Below, piece after piece: positions 37,729-49,765 of a stretch of 64,000 nucleotides of DNA. The DNA is from Octopus sinensis (Eukaryota). The translations under genes and the position numbers were made by a program. The notes under the pieces were generated by a model, which ran no database searches, was not told the DNA's origin, and worked only from the letters and a program-made list of their open reading frames with translations. Location of the stretch: contig NC_043002.1 in the NCBI RefSeq assembly GCF_006345805.1, positions 4,340,001-4,404,000 on the forward strand. Direction: 5' to 3'. Each line of letters begins with the position of its first letter. The stretch's first letter is position 1.

Positions 37729-37798
37729 CATCATCATTTTGTATTTACAAAAAGATGAGGACAAATATCCGTTGAATGTAAATAATGTAAATAATGCA
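37473..37798 (-). mobile_element. Non-coding PLE-type mini-element bounded by about 48-bp inverted repeats
   Basis: GCATTATTTACATTATTTACATTCAACGGATATTTGTCCTCATCTT and its reverse complement at 37751-37798; internal (AAT)n and a hammerhead. Confidence 0.7.
37530..37575 (-). ncRNA. Minimal type I hammerhead ribozyme, canonical core, stem III point-mutated
   Basis: GACAC CTGAAGA A GGCTG GAGGGTATAT CAGCC GAAA AG TT GTGTT. Confidence 0.75.
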
Positions 37799-37889
37799 CA
37801 TAATTGCTCATGTCTTAAATATAGAACTTTATTAAAATCATTTTTATGTTATACTTCTACAATACACAAAATATTTTAATAATAGTTCT

Positions 37890-38108
37890 TTTCTCGATTT
37901 CGAATTTTGACACAAGACCAGCAAGTTCGAAGAAGTGGACTCGTCGATTATCTCGACCCCAGTACTCAACTGGTACATATTTCATCGATCTCAAAAGGAT
38001 GAAAGGCAAAGTCGACCTCGGCGGAATTTTAACTCAGAACGTAGTGACGGGGGAAATGCTTCTAAGCACTTTTTGCCCAGAGTGTTTTCGGTTCTGCTAG
38101 CTCGTCGC
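37890..38108 (-). mobile_element. SINE family B2
   Basis: Core GATGAAAGGCAAAGTCGACCTCGGCGGAATTT; diverged head. Confidence 0.75.
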
Positions 38109-38639
38109 AATAATAATAATAATATAATAATAATAATAATAAAATAATAATAATAATAATATAATAATAATAATAATAATATAATCCTTTCTACTATAGG
38201 TACAAAGCGGACAAAATGCTGCTAAGTATTTTACTTGGTGCGGCAATGATTCTGTCAGCTCGCCGCCTTAATTTCTAATAATATTTGATTATAAAAATAT
38301 AATAGGATTTTTAACGAAGGTCCTGTCAAGTAATACAGGAACCAAAAAGGTTTATAGTTGAAATTAAAAAGTACTTGAGAAACTCAGGTGTAGAGAGTAC
38401 GAATAATCTGTGAAAAAGATTGGTGATATACTTCAATACCTTTGAATATTTGCACCGTTTACGCACTGGGGTCGATGTAATCGACTTAATCCGTTTGTCT
38501 GTCCTTGTTTGTCCCCTCTGTGTTTAGCCCCTTGTGGGTAGTAAAGAAATAGGTATATATTTTTTCATGTTCTTTTTTCCACTTGTGGTATATTTCACGA
38601 TAACAGTTGTAGTTTGTAAGTAATCTTACGAAGAAGATA

Positions 38640-39165
38640 GCCTCTGTGCAGAATATAAGCTATTGGGAAAGACTCAAGAGATTAAAACTCTATTCCTTCG
38701 AGCGTAGGCGAGAAAGATATGCCATAATATACATCTGGAAGATCCTGGAAGGACTTGTCCCAAACTTTGGCATCGAGAGTTACACAAATGCCAGAACTGG
38801 GCGCCATTGCGTGGTGCCAAGGACTCCAAATTTGCCATCAAGATGTAGGGCAAGATACTGTGATAGCCTGGGCTTCCGAGGCCCACAGCTCTTCAATATC
38901 CTCCCGAAGAACCTAAGAGACCTGCATGGGGTGGATGCAGATGTCTTTGAAATGAAACTGGATCTCTTCCTGTCAGGTGCCCCGGATGAACCAACTTCAC
39001 GGCAGGAGGTGCAGATGAGGGCAGCTGCATCGAACTCTCTCATGCACCAAATGGCAGTTGCTAGAAAGCATTCGTGAAGTAAAACCATGTAGCAACACCA
39101 AATGGCGGTGCCCCAGCATGGCCACAGCCCGTGAGCTGAAACTAGAATCAATCAATCAATCAATC
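38640..39165 (+). mobile_element. CR1-type LINE 3' end with (ATCA)n tail, 5'-truncated
   Basis: ORF 38646-39077: SYWERLKRLKLYSFERRRERYAIIYIWKIL..RGPQLFNILP..KLDLFL..PDEP..AASNSL; tail GGCGGTGCCCCAGCATGGCCACAG..CTGAAACTAG(AATC)n. Confidence 0.88.
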
Positions 39166-39270
39166 TACGAAAGAAATTTAGATGAATAAGCATCTTTAGA
39201 TGTTTCCCTCTAAAAGTAATAGTGAAGTAATTACAAAAACTTTTTTAAAAAATTAATAAACAATTACGTA

Positions 39271-39737
39271 GGCGCAGCTGTGTGGTAAGAAGTTCGCTTC
39301 CCAACCACGCTTCCAGATTCAGTCCCACTGCACGGCACCTTGGTTAAGTGTCTTCTACCTTAGCCCCGGGTCAACCAAAGCCTTCTCACCGGATATGGTA
39401 GGCAGTAATTGAAAGAAGCCTGCCGTATGTATATGTGTACGTGTATATGAGTGTATGTGTGTGTGAGAGGGAGAGAGAGAGAGAGGAGAGAGAGAGTGTG
39501 TGTATGTGTGTGGGTGTGTGTGTTTGCGGTTGTGTTAGTCCCCACCTTCACCACATGACGGCCGGTGTCGGTTTGTTTACGTCCCAGTAATTTAATGCTT
39601 CAGCAAAAAGAGAGCTATAGAATAATTACCAGGCTGTAAAAAATAAAAAATAATGGTGTCGATTTGTTCGACTAACCCTTTCCAGTCGGTACCTCAGTAT
39701 GGTCGCAGTCCAATGACTGAATCAAGTAAAAGATAAA
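39271..39737 (+). mobile_element. SINE family A, diverged full-length copy
   Basis: Head, microsatellite and ATGACTGAA.CAAGTAAAAGA tail all present. Confidence 0.8.
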
Positions 39738-40151
39738 ACTCAAATACAATACATTTTTTGCGAGTGGATGACAAAAAAATACACGCAGCAGGCTTCTCTA
39801 GATAATTTTTGTTGATTGTTTTAGTCATATATAAGAGTAAATTTTAAAACATTTAAAATTAGACATTTAAATTTGTACAATGAATTTTTTATAATGACCC
39901 GCCTGCACGTAATGTCGTTCTTACGTCATCATAAAAAAGACACAATGTTTTTTCCACACTTTCAATTATTAGCCTCACTTTCGATTTCTACTTTCACTTT
40001 TCGCTAATGTAACGAAACAATCAGTTTAAATAGCATGCTTTCATTTTCATCATTGTACAATCATCATCATCATCATCGTTTTCGTTTTTTTCGTCGTCAT
40101 CACCAACATCATCATCATCCGCATCATCATCATCCGCATCATCATCATCAT

Positions 40152-40199
<48 letters not shown>

Positions 40200-40717
40200 T
40201 ATCATCGTTTTCGTTTTCTTCGTCGTCGTCATCATCATCACCAACATCATCATCATCCGCATCATCATCATCATCATCATTGTCATCATCAATTCTCTAC
40301 AGCTACGCAACTGTTTCTCCATCCTCACAATCATCACCACAACAACGGCCAAAACAACAGCAGTGATAGGCGAAGGAAATTAACGGAAACAACTGCCCCC
40401 ATCATCTCTTTCACCACAAACAAGACTCGGCATCGGCACCAGCGTCACTCATTACCATTATCACGTTGAAAGAATCAAACAGCCACTAAAACATCTCCAG
40501 ACTGATTAGCAAATCGAAGAATTACGGAACGAACCAAATGTTCCTGACTTCTTAAGACAGTCAATTGCCTTCATCATCTCGGTGCTAATAAAAATGGTGT
40601 GTGAATGTATATTTGCGTGGGCACAGAAGTTTGTTCGTGGAGTGTATTCTTCTGCATATAAGTATATTCCTTGAATATATATATATATATATATATGTGT
40701 GTGTTGTGTGTGTGTGT

Positions 40718-40759
<42 letters not shown>

Positions 40760-41036
40760 TGTGTGTGTATGTGTATGTATATATATATATATATGTATGT
40801 ATGTATGTATACACATATTGTATATTCACACATGCACGCATATACATAAATATACAAATATTTGTTTTATATATTATATATTATATATATATATATTATA
40901 TATATAATATATATATACATATATTAATATACACACATATATATATGTATGTTTATAAATGTATGTATATTTATACATGTATGTATATTCACACATGCAC
41001 GCATATACATAAATATACAAATATTTGTTAAATATG

Positions 41037-41091
<55 letters not shown>

Positions 41092-41768
41092 AAAGCGGGC
41101 AAAGAAAATTCATATAAAGATATGTGTGTATGAAGAAACAGACATTTACGTGTATATACACACACACAAACACACACGCATAGACACGCACTACGCGCGC
41201 GCGCACGCAAACGCACACATGCTCTTTATATGGGTATGTACACGCGCATGCACGTGTGTCTGTGCAAGCAACGCGCAATGGTAAAAAAAATTCAAAATCA
41301 ACAAAGCTTTTACTGACAAGAAACGTCGTAATGTTTCTCCCATTTTTAATTGTTAGCCGCTCATAGCCTCACTTTCGATTTCTACTTTCACTTTTACCCC
41401 TAATTTATCTAAACAACTAGTTTTAAATAACAATTAACAAAATTCAACCAGTTCACTGATCTTTAACCTTTCGTCACCATTTGCTATATTTTTCTTCAAT
41501 ATTTTTTGCTTACATTATTCCTCATTTATTTATTTATTGCTAATTTTCTCATCTTTCAAACCGATGAAGGAAGGACAAAACGTTGACCTTTCTTGACCTA
41601 ATTCTCTATTTTTATAATAGTTAAATATCTTTATTTGTTTTATTTTATTTTATTTATCTTGTTTTCACTTCACTTCATTTTAGACTTCAATATCTTGAAA
41701 GTTACTTCATGGATCAATTTATTTTTTATTCTGCCACATCTTAAGACGTTCCCAAAGAAGGTCTCACG

Positions 41769-41799
<31 letters not shown>

Positions 41800-42058
41800 C
41801 CACGCATACAATCAAACACGTCTCCCTTTATCGTTTTCTGTGTGTCTCAATCTCTTTCTCTGCTTCTCTTTCTCTCTGTCTCTCTCAGTCTCTGTCTCTA
41901 AAGATGTGTGGATATTGTGCGGGGGAGGGGCGTGTGTGTGCGTGTGTGTGTGTGTGCGTTTGTGTGCGTGTGTGTAATATAAAAAAGTTTCTGAATTAGG
42001 TATATATGTCAATAAATCATAGCATTCTACTCATCTATTTATTTATGCATGTGTGTGC

Positions 42059-42118
<60 letters not shown>

Positions 42119-42801
42119 GGTATGTATGTATGTATTTATACACATACACATATATATAAACACATACATATATACATGTATGTATACACACACACATACA
42201 TATGTGTGTATACATATATACATATATGTATTTGCACACGAGCAAATTTACAAACATAATAGTTATATATATATATTAATAAGCGCCAAATATACACATA
42301 CTCACACACATACACACATCTCTGCATGTGTACATGTCTGTTCGTCTGTACGTATGACTAATTGACCCAGCTGATCTTAGAGATCGGGCAATTCACTTGC
42401 TTTATAAACCCAATTTGCGTTAATGCCATTGATATTTTTTAAATCAGTGAAGCTAATGCAAAATTGTCAAAGACAACGTGCAAGCACGCATTCTAACGTA
42501 TATATATATGTATATATATATATTCGCAGAGATAGTGTGACAATGTTCACGCATATACACGCACCTCAATAAACACAGATGCATAAAATTTAAACGCACC
42601 AATCTCATTCATGCTCACACAGATTTACAAATATAATGACATTCATATATGCATGCATCTATACGTACGTGTACGTGTATGTGTGTGTTTGTGTATGTGT
42701 GTCTGCGTGCGCATGCGAGCGTGTGTAAGAGTCTTCGCTGTGGCGTTGAGATTATCTTTGCAGCGTTTGCTCTGAATCCCAGTTCACTGAGTTCGAATAG
42801 C

Positions 42802-43031
42802 TATTTCTTTGCTACCCACAAGGGGCTAAACACAGAGAGGACAAACAAGGACAGACAAGCGGATTAAGTCGATTATATCGACCCCAGTGCGTAACTGGTA
42901 CTTATTTAATCGACCCCGAAAGGGTGAAAGGCGAAGTCGACCTCGGTGGAATTTGAACTCAGAACGTAACGGCAGACGAAATACGGCTACGTATTTCGCC
43001 CGGCGTGCTAACGTTTCTGCCAACTCGCCGC
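42802..43031 (-). mobile_element. SINE family B monomer with 15-bp TSD
   Basis: CTGAGTTC(G/A)AATAGC at 42787-42801 and 43032-43046. Confidence 0.9.
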
Positions 43032-43646
43032 CTGAGTTCAAATAGCGCTGACATAAACTTAACTTTTTATCTATTCGAAGGTATTAGCAGAATTGCTTGA
43101 GCGTCGACGAGATAATTTGCTGAATGTTTTAGTTAATCTTCCCCCAAAGGGCTACCCAGTCACACACCTTCGTGGGGTGCAAACGATGATCATCATATCT
43201 ATTCTTAATACGTTCCGGCAAATTAAAACGGTAAATATTCTACTTGCTGTTGTGAACATCACAAAGCTCCTCTCTTTTACGCCAGCGTCTTGTTCGTAAC
43301 ACACTCGGTTCATTAGCGCACGGGATTGTGAGACACCGTTGTTTCGACATGTTGTATCTCCTCATCCATAATTACTCGGTCCTTTTGAGTCTAAACATGT
43401 CGCGGGCTTTGTTTATAATTTCAGCGAAGAAAACTGTTTGCTGATCATTGCCGATCTTACAACTGATAGAAATTTTTTTTTTTTTTTCAAATCTTGCTGT
43501 AAACGGTGCAAATATTATACATAAGAAGAACGTTGAAATAAATCAGTTTTAAGGGAGAAAGAGTAATATTAATAGTGGAGTTATAAGTACAGAAGTATAA
43601 TGATAGCAGATGTGGTGGCGTTAACACAATGATTGTGGAGGCTATA

Positions 43647-44223
43647 CCAGGGGGTACTGAAAAGTTTCGGGTTTCAAGGGTATTACGAAAAGCCAGGCTG
43701 GAGGCCCACCCTTCTAAGTTCTTTTACAGGGCTTAAAAATCCTGAAAGACCGCTGCAGTAAGTGCGTGAATTTGATGGGAGAATATTTTTATATATAAAA
43801 GTGAGGTTGTGTGCTGTCTGTCTCCTACGATTTAGATTCCTAACTACTCCCACATTTTGCGGTGCAGTGTAACCAAAACCGGGTATCTTATAGTCGTGAT
43901 TCATATCGAGCCCTTCTGGGTATTAGCGCGCGTCATCAATTTTTCCCATTTTTAATGCATTTTTGGCATATATAAGGGAAGTAACTCTCTAAAAATGTAT
44001 TATTAAATCTCAGAACGTAAAAAGCTACAGTAACAACCCCCCTTGTGGTTAGCCATATTGAGATGGCTATTATACTTTACATCTCTAAAAATGCTTATAT
44101 AGTTATTTCCCTTACAAACCCGAGCAACGCCGGGCGATACTGCTAGTATTGAATAAAATCATAATTAACAGATCCTCGTGTATTTTCCTTTAACCAAAGC
44201 CAGGAAATTTTCAGCACCTCCAG
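43647..44223 (+). mobile_element. Mariner-derived MITE with TA target sites, interrupted by a HINE-like element
   Basis: Ends CCAGGGGGTACTGAAAAGTT and AATTTTCAGCACCTCCAG, flanked by TA; split remnant KCVNLMGEY|IE* of a mariner C-terminus. Confidence 0.65.
43786..44148 (-). mobile_element. HINE/DINE-1-like element
   Basis: Minus 5' TACTAGCAGTATCGCCCGGCGTTGCTCGGG; 3' GACAGACAGCACACAACCTCACTTTTATATATAAAAA. Confidence 0.7.
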
Positions 44224-44340
44224 TAGTGGTGATTATTACGGTGACAGCTGTGATAATGGATATAGGAGTTGTTATCATGGTTGCTTTAGATGAGATACTG
44301 ATTACTGCGACGTTTATGGTGGTGGGTGTAAGTATTGGCA

Positions 44341-44656
44341 CTCCGTCGGTTACGACGACGAGAGTTCCAGTTGATATAATCAACTGAGCAGCCTGCTCGT
44401 GAAATCAATGTGCAGGTGGCTGAGCACTCCACAGGCACATGTGTACCCATAACGTAGATCTCAGGGAGATTCAGCGTGACAAAGAGTGTGACAAGGCTGG
44501 TCCTTTGAAATATAGGTACTACTCATTTTTACCAACTGAGTGGACTGGAGTAATGTGAAATAAAGTGTCTTGCTCAAGGACACAACATGTCACCGGGAAT
44601 TGAACTCACGACCTTAAAATCGTGAGCCGAATTCCCTAACCACTAAGCCATGTGCC
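44341..44656 (-). mobile_element. SINE family C
   Basis: Reverse complement of 18201-18510. Confidence 0.85.
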
Positions 44657-44912
44657 TTCGCTGGTAGTAATGTAGTAGCAAATAGTGGTAAAAGTTGTTG
44701 TGTTGTGTTGTGGTGGTTGTGGTAGTGAATGTGAGGTGGTGGTCATGGTAAAAATGGGTATTAGTTAATACAATATGCTGCTGGAATTCGCGGTGATGCA
44801 TGTAGCAGTAGTAGTGATGATGGTAGTGGACGTTGGTCGTATTAGTGGTGGTTATAAGAGACGTAGTAGCAATAGTAGTTTTAGTAAGGATTATTGTAGT
44901 GATTGTTGTGGT

Positions 44913-44960
<48 letters not shown>

Positions 44961-44981
44961 ACCGCGGTGGTGGTGGTAGTG

Positions 44982-45022
<41 letters not shown>

Positions 45023-45497
45023 GGTGGTGGTGGTGGTTGTTGTTGTTTTAGCAGTGTGGTGATAAGAGTGTGGAGGTTGTCATGTAGTGTTGTATGAAGA
45101 GTCTTGGTGATCGGTGGCTGTGATGGTTAATGACAGTTTTGAAATGATACGAACGAAGGTGGTGGATGATCCAGAGGTTCGCGAGGTGCTTTCCTTCAGT
45201 GGTAGTGGTAACCACCGCGATGGTCGAAGTGTGAGCTATAAACTGCTGGTTACGTTGATTGCAGTAAATATTGAAGTGGCTCGTTGCGATGGTGTTGGTG
45301 ATGATAGGCATGGTGGTGGTGGTTGTGGCGGTAGTTGTGGTAGTAACTACCCCGACCATCGCCACAAAATGGTTGTTGGTTGAGTCGTATTAACATCACA
45401 AAAATAGAATTAAATCATCACCAAAACATCACCAATGACATCATTACTGTTGCTCTCTTTCTGTTCCCTATTCTCTCTTTTACTCACTCTTTCACAC

Positions 45498-45541
<44 letters not shown>

Positions 45542-45573
45542 CGTACACACACACACACACATATATATATATG

Positions 45574-45645
<72 letters not shown>

Positions 45646-45760
45646 CACATACGTACATATACATGTATGTATGCATATACGTTGTATGTATATATATGCA
45701 TGTATATAAGTATATGTATGTCTGCATATATGTGCATGTATGTGTTTACACACACAGACA

Positions 45761-45805
<45 letters not shown>

Positions 45806-45861
45806 CATGTTCATATACATAGTTATCAACTTATATAGATATCTATGTATACAAATGTAAA

Positions 45862-45906
<45 letters not shown>

Positions 45907-45934
45907 GAATATATATTATATGTATACATGCTTG

Positions 45935-45975
<41 letters not shown>

Positions 45976-46159
45976 TTATATATATATGTATATATATGTA
46001 TATATGTATATATGTGTGTGTATGCACGTGAGAGAGAGAGAGGGAGCATGTGCACGTATATGTGTACATTCATATTTCTGCATATATGCATATAGCTAGG
46101 TATATATGTGCATGTTATTACTATTACTATTACTATTATTATCATTATTATTATTATTA

Positions 46160-46190
<31 letters not shown>

Positions 46191-46383
46191 TTACATTCAT
46201 AAACATACACACACACACATACTCACACACATGTGCACACATAGACACACACACACGCTCATCCATCCTTCGTGTGTTACGAAAACGCTGACATAGGGCA
46301 AGCAGGGCAGAAAGGCAAAAGCAAAGAGGTTTAACCGATCGCTTTAACTGCTAAAGTTAATAGATTACTAATGAGATTCATAC

Positions 46384-46408
46384 AAACGTCGTTTCTACTC
46401 TCCGCCAT
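46384..46408 (-). CDS. Possible first coding exon (25 nt, MAESRNDV)
   Basis: CAAATGGCGG start context, donor T|GTATGA, CpG-containing unique sequence upstream. Weak support. Confidence 0.25.
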
Positions 46409-46767
46409 TTGAAAGACGCAAATACTATAAAGCAATCGCCGCGAGGACATGACACGGCTTCCATGTTGGTAAAAAGAATCCAATGGCTGCCAACGGAAGA
46501 AATAATCTGACAGTGTGTGGCTAATGTGTGTGTGACTGTAGGTGTGTTCTGTGTGTGAGCGCACTCGTCTGTGTGTGAGCGCACTCGTGTGTATGTGTGT
46601 GTGTGCTATTTGTATGCGAATGTCTGTGTGTGAGTGTGTTTGTAATGGCGGTTTAAGCGTGGCTTATACGTAAGTCAGTTTGTGCGCATGTGTTGCGTGT
46701 GTTATGTATGGTATATATATTTCTGTGTATGCGTGTGTCTTTGTGTATATGTATGCGTGTGTGAGTG

Positions 46768-46800
<33 letters not shown>

Positions 46801-47396
46801 TGCGTGTACGACTGATTCTGTGCGTGTATCTATACGTGTGTGCGAGTATGTGTTATTTGTAAGTGAATGCGTATGTGATTGTGATGTACGGTTTAGGCGG
46901 GGTTAATATGTGTGTACTAGCTGGTTTGTTTGTTTGTAAGTGTGTGTGTGTGTGTGTCTGTGTGTGTTTCTGTGTGTGTGTCTGTGCGTGCGTGTGTGTG
47001 ACTGTGCGTGTGTGTGACTGTGCGTGTGTGTGACTGTGCGTGCGTGTGTGTGTGTGTCTGTGTGTGCATGCGTGTTATGTGTTTTAGACTAGTGTTTTGT
47101 GGCGTGTGTGTGTATTTAGTAGTTTCTATCTCTGGGAGTGTGTGTGAGCGTGTGTGTGAATGTGTGTGAATGTGTATACATGTGTGTGTCTATGTGCCTA
47201 CATATGTGTATAATATGTAAGTAATTTACATAGTTTATTTAGCTGTGTAGGTACGCATGTGCGTGTGTTGTTTACCAGTGTGAGATGTGATATATAAAAT
47301 AAGGGAGAGAGAGCGCAGCTGCGCATGCTTAATGATTGGAAGCTGCTGTGATATCTATGTATATATATATATATATATGCGTATGTCCATATGTCT

Positions 47397-47560
47397 AGGC
47401 ATGGATGTGTGGCTAAGAAGCTCGCTTGGCGGCCACGTGGTTTCGGGATCAGTCCCATTAAGCTACAGATAAGGCAAATGTCAACTACGATAGCCCGGGC
47501 CAACCAATGCCTTGTGAGTGAAACTCGCCGACGGAAACTGTTCAGAAGCCCGTCGTGTAT
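47397..47560 (+). mobile_element. SINE family A, 5' half, diverged
   Basis: GTGGCTAAGAAGCTCGCTT..GGGATCAGTCCC..GACGGAAACTG..GAAGCCCGTCG. Confidence 0.7.
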
Positions 47561-47799
47561 ATATATATATATACATTCATGAATACATACACAGGAGTAA
47601 GTGGAAATTTTATCGGTGTATGTGTTCAATTATAAAACACAAAAAGAAAATGACTCTCCCCAGACACAACAGAATATGCTTCAACACACGAACTCACATA
47701 AAGAATCTTGCAAACCAAATCCCAAAACTATATATATATATCTTCAATGTATCATATATCCGGAAAAGAAACACACTCTAAAGCATAGAGCAGTAATGT

Positions 47800-48550
47800 T
47801 TTTATATGTAGTGAAGCTTATGTCCGGTCATAGAGTGACCAATGGTTTCGCATCGACAAAGGCTTTAGCCTCGTGGACGTCTCGTCTGATTCGAAAGCCG
47901 AAGAAAAGTGTAACTCTTCACGTCTCGGAAGCAGGAATCCGTTACGGTCACTTGGTCAGATGGACATCAAAGATTAAATAGTCCCGAGGGAACGAGAGAT
48001 TTATCCCTTGAGCTGCTTTTGGATTGTAAGGACTCCTCCAGGCTTAATCAGAGAACGTGGAATCCCATGTTTGCAGCAGGTAGTGCTTGAAATAGATGCA
48101 GGGACTGTAAATTTCCTGGAAAGTGTTCAGTGATGCAAGTTTCAGGGAATCTTTGAGTATCGTCGCTCGCTTGGCTATACAAAGCTTGCAGCAACCGCTC
48201 CCGTTGATGTAGAGTCCCGGCCGCTCTAAGATCCTCCTTTTCATATTGTAATGGGTGCTTTCATCTTTTAGGTGCCGCATGTGGCTGGCCAGGGATGTGA
48301 CGAATCGTCTATCCGGTATCTTGAAAGAGGACCTGTGGTGATACAGGCGTCGCTTGAAGGCCGTACCAGCTGACCTGATATATTTCCAAGCCTGTGTGTT
48401 GGTTTCGCTCACATTACAGGTGCATCTTCTGTTGGCTCCGGGCCTAGAGATGTTGTCTCCGGTGTCGCAGAGGTTGCCATCAGTGTTGTTATCATTACAA
48501 GGCGTGGGTCCGGCAATATCGGTACGTGATAGAAAGCGTCATTTCGGTTA
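47800..48550 (-). mobile_element. Penelope-like element 3' end (GIY-YIG endonuclease plus pLTR region)
   Basis: ORF 48044-48412: KYIRSAGTAFKRRLYHHRSSFK..TSLASHM..CCKLCIAK..SLNTFQEI..CIYFKHYLL. Confidence 0.85.
47833..47892 (-). ncRNA. Degenerate type I hammerhead in PLE 3' region
   Basis: GAAT CAGACGA G [branched stem II ending GATGC] GAAA CCA T TGG TC ACTC; about 150 nt after the endonuclease stop. Confidence 0.5.
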
Positions 48551-49703
48551 GTTTACCTTATAAAATTTATAAAAGAAAATTTAATTTGCAATTAAAACTA
48601 TTACTTTCGAAGGCGTTACGTGAATGGGATATGTTTCTTTTTTGGAAAGAAAGCCAGTCTATCGCAAAAGTAACACTCTAATTAATCACCAATTCTTAAC
48701 TACCGAATGAAATAGGACAGCGTAGAGACTGGTATACACCTACCCAAAATCATACACACTCACTCACTCACACACACGCGCGCGCACACACACACACATA
48801 CACACACAAGCAAACAAGCACACATGTAAACACAAAGACGCACACACATAGAAAAATGAAAGGAGGAAGAACAGAGGAAAGAAAGAGAAAGAGGGGACGA
48901 GAGGGAGAATGACTGGCAGATAGAGTGAAGAGAGAGAGGTGGTAGGAAGAGAGTGGTGGGAGATAGATATGAAGAAATTGGAAATGAGAGAGATTTGTAG
49001 AGAGACAGGTAAAAGAAGAAGGTGAAAGAAAAGAAATCGGAAAGAACTTGACAAAACTGCAAGAAGGAAAAAGCGAAAGAAAGAATGAAGGAATGCAGGA
49101 AGTGGGATTGAATGAATGAATGAATGAAAACGCAGACAGGAAAAGAAGAAACACTGGAAGGAAAGAATGAAAGAAAAAATGAATAAAGGGAAGAAAGAAA
49201 GAATAAAGAATAAAGAAAGGAAAGGAGTAAGAAAGAAAAATATAAAGGAATCAAATAGGAAAAGAAAATGAAGAAAAATGGACGAACGAAATGAATAAAA
49301 TCTGTATAGAAGTCGATACTCACAAAAAAGGCAAAATGAAAAGAAAAACAGAAATATTAAAATAAAAACAACCAAAATAAATTACCTCTAAAATAATTTT
49401 AAAAACACTTTTGAAGGAAAGAAATGGCTAACATAAAAGTGTTTCATTTGGAAATAACGTGCGGAGAGCGTTTCGGAAAAGATATATATATATATATAAC
49501 TAATGTAGGATAAAATTTTTTTCGGGAAAAAGAGTTTATCAATGGCCAGCATATCAAAAAATACCTTTAGAGGTCAAATTTACAAATAATTTACAAAATA
49601 AGGGCAAATATGCCGAAAAAAAGACAAAATTGTCAATAACCATTATAATTTATGCGTCTCGAAATAAACCGATAGAAATTTCTAAAAAATTATATATATA
49701 TAT

Positions 49704-49765
49704 AATGGCGGTGCCCCAGCATGGCCACAGCTCGTGAGCTGAAACTAGAATCAATCAATCAATCA
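49704..49765 (+). mobile_element. Isolated 3' tail of the CR1-type LINE
   Basis: AATGGCGGTGCCCCAGCATGGCCACAGCTCGTGAGCTGAAACTAG(AATC)n, near-identical to 39100-39165. Confidence 0.85.

Larger units (their letters stand above)
37401..38360 (+). mobile_element. hAT-type MITE fragmented by nested insertions
   Basis: Start CAGTGGTTCTCGACTGGGGTTC; ATACTTCTACAATACACAAAATATTTT at about 37851; right-end-like GGTCC..AAAAAGGTT near 38320-38350. Confidence 0.5.

Noticed and set aside
39935-41430. About 90-bp segment repeated at 39935 and 41325 (TAGCCTCACTTTCGATTTCTACTTTCACTTTT)
   Set aside because: Real local similarity, but no TIR, TSD or structure indicating an LTR or element boundary.
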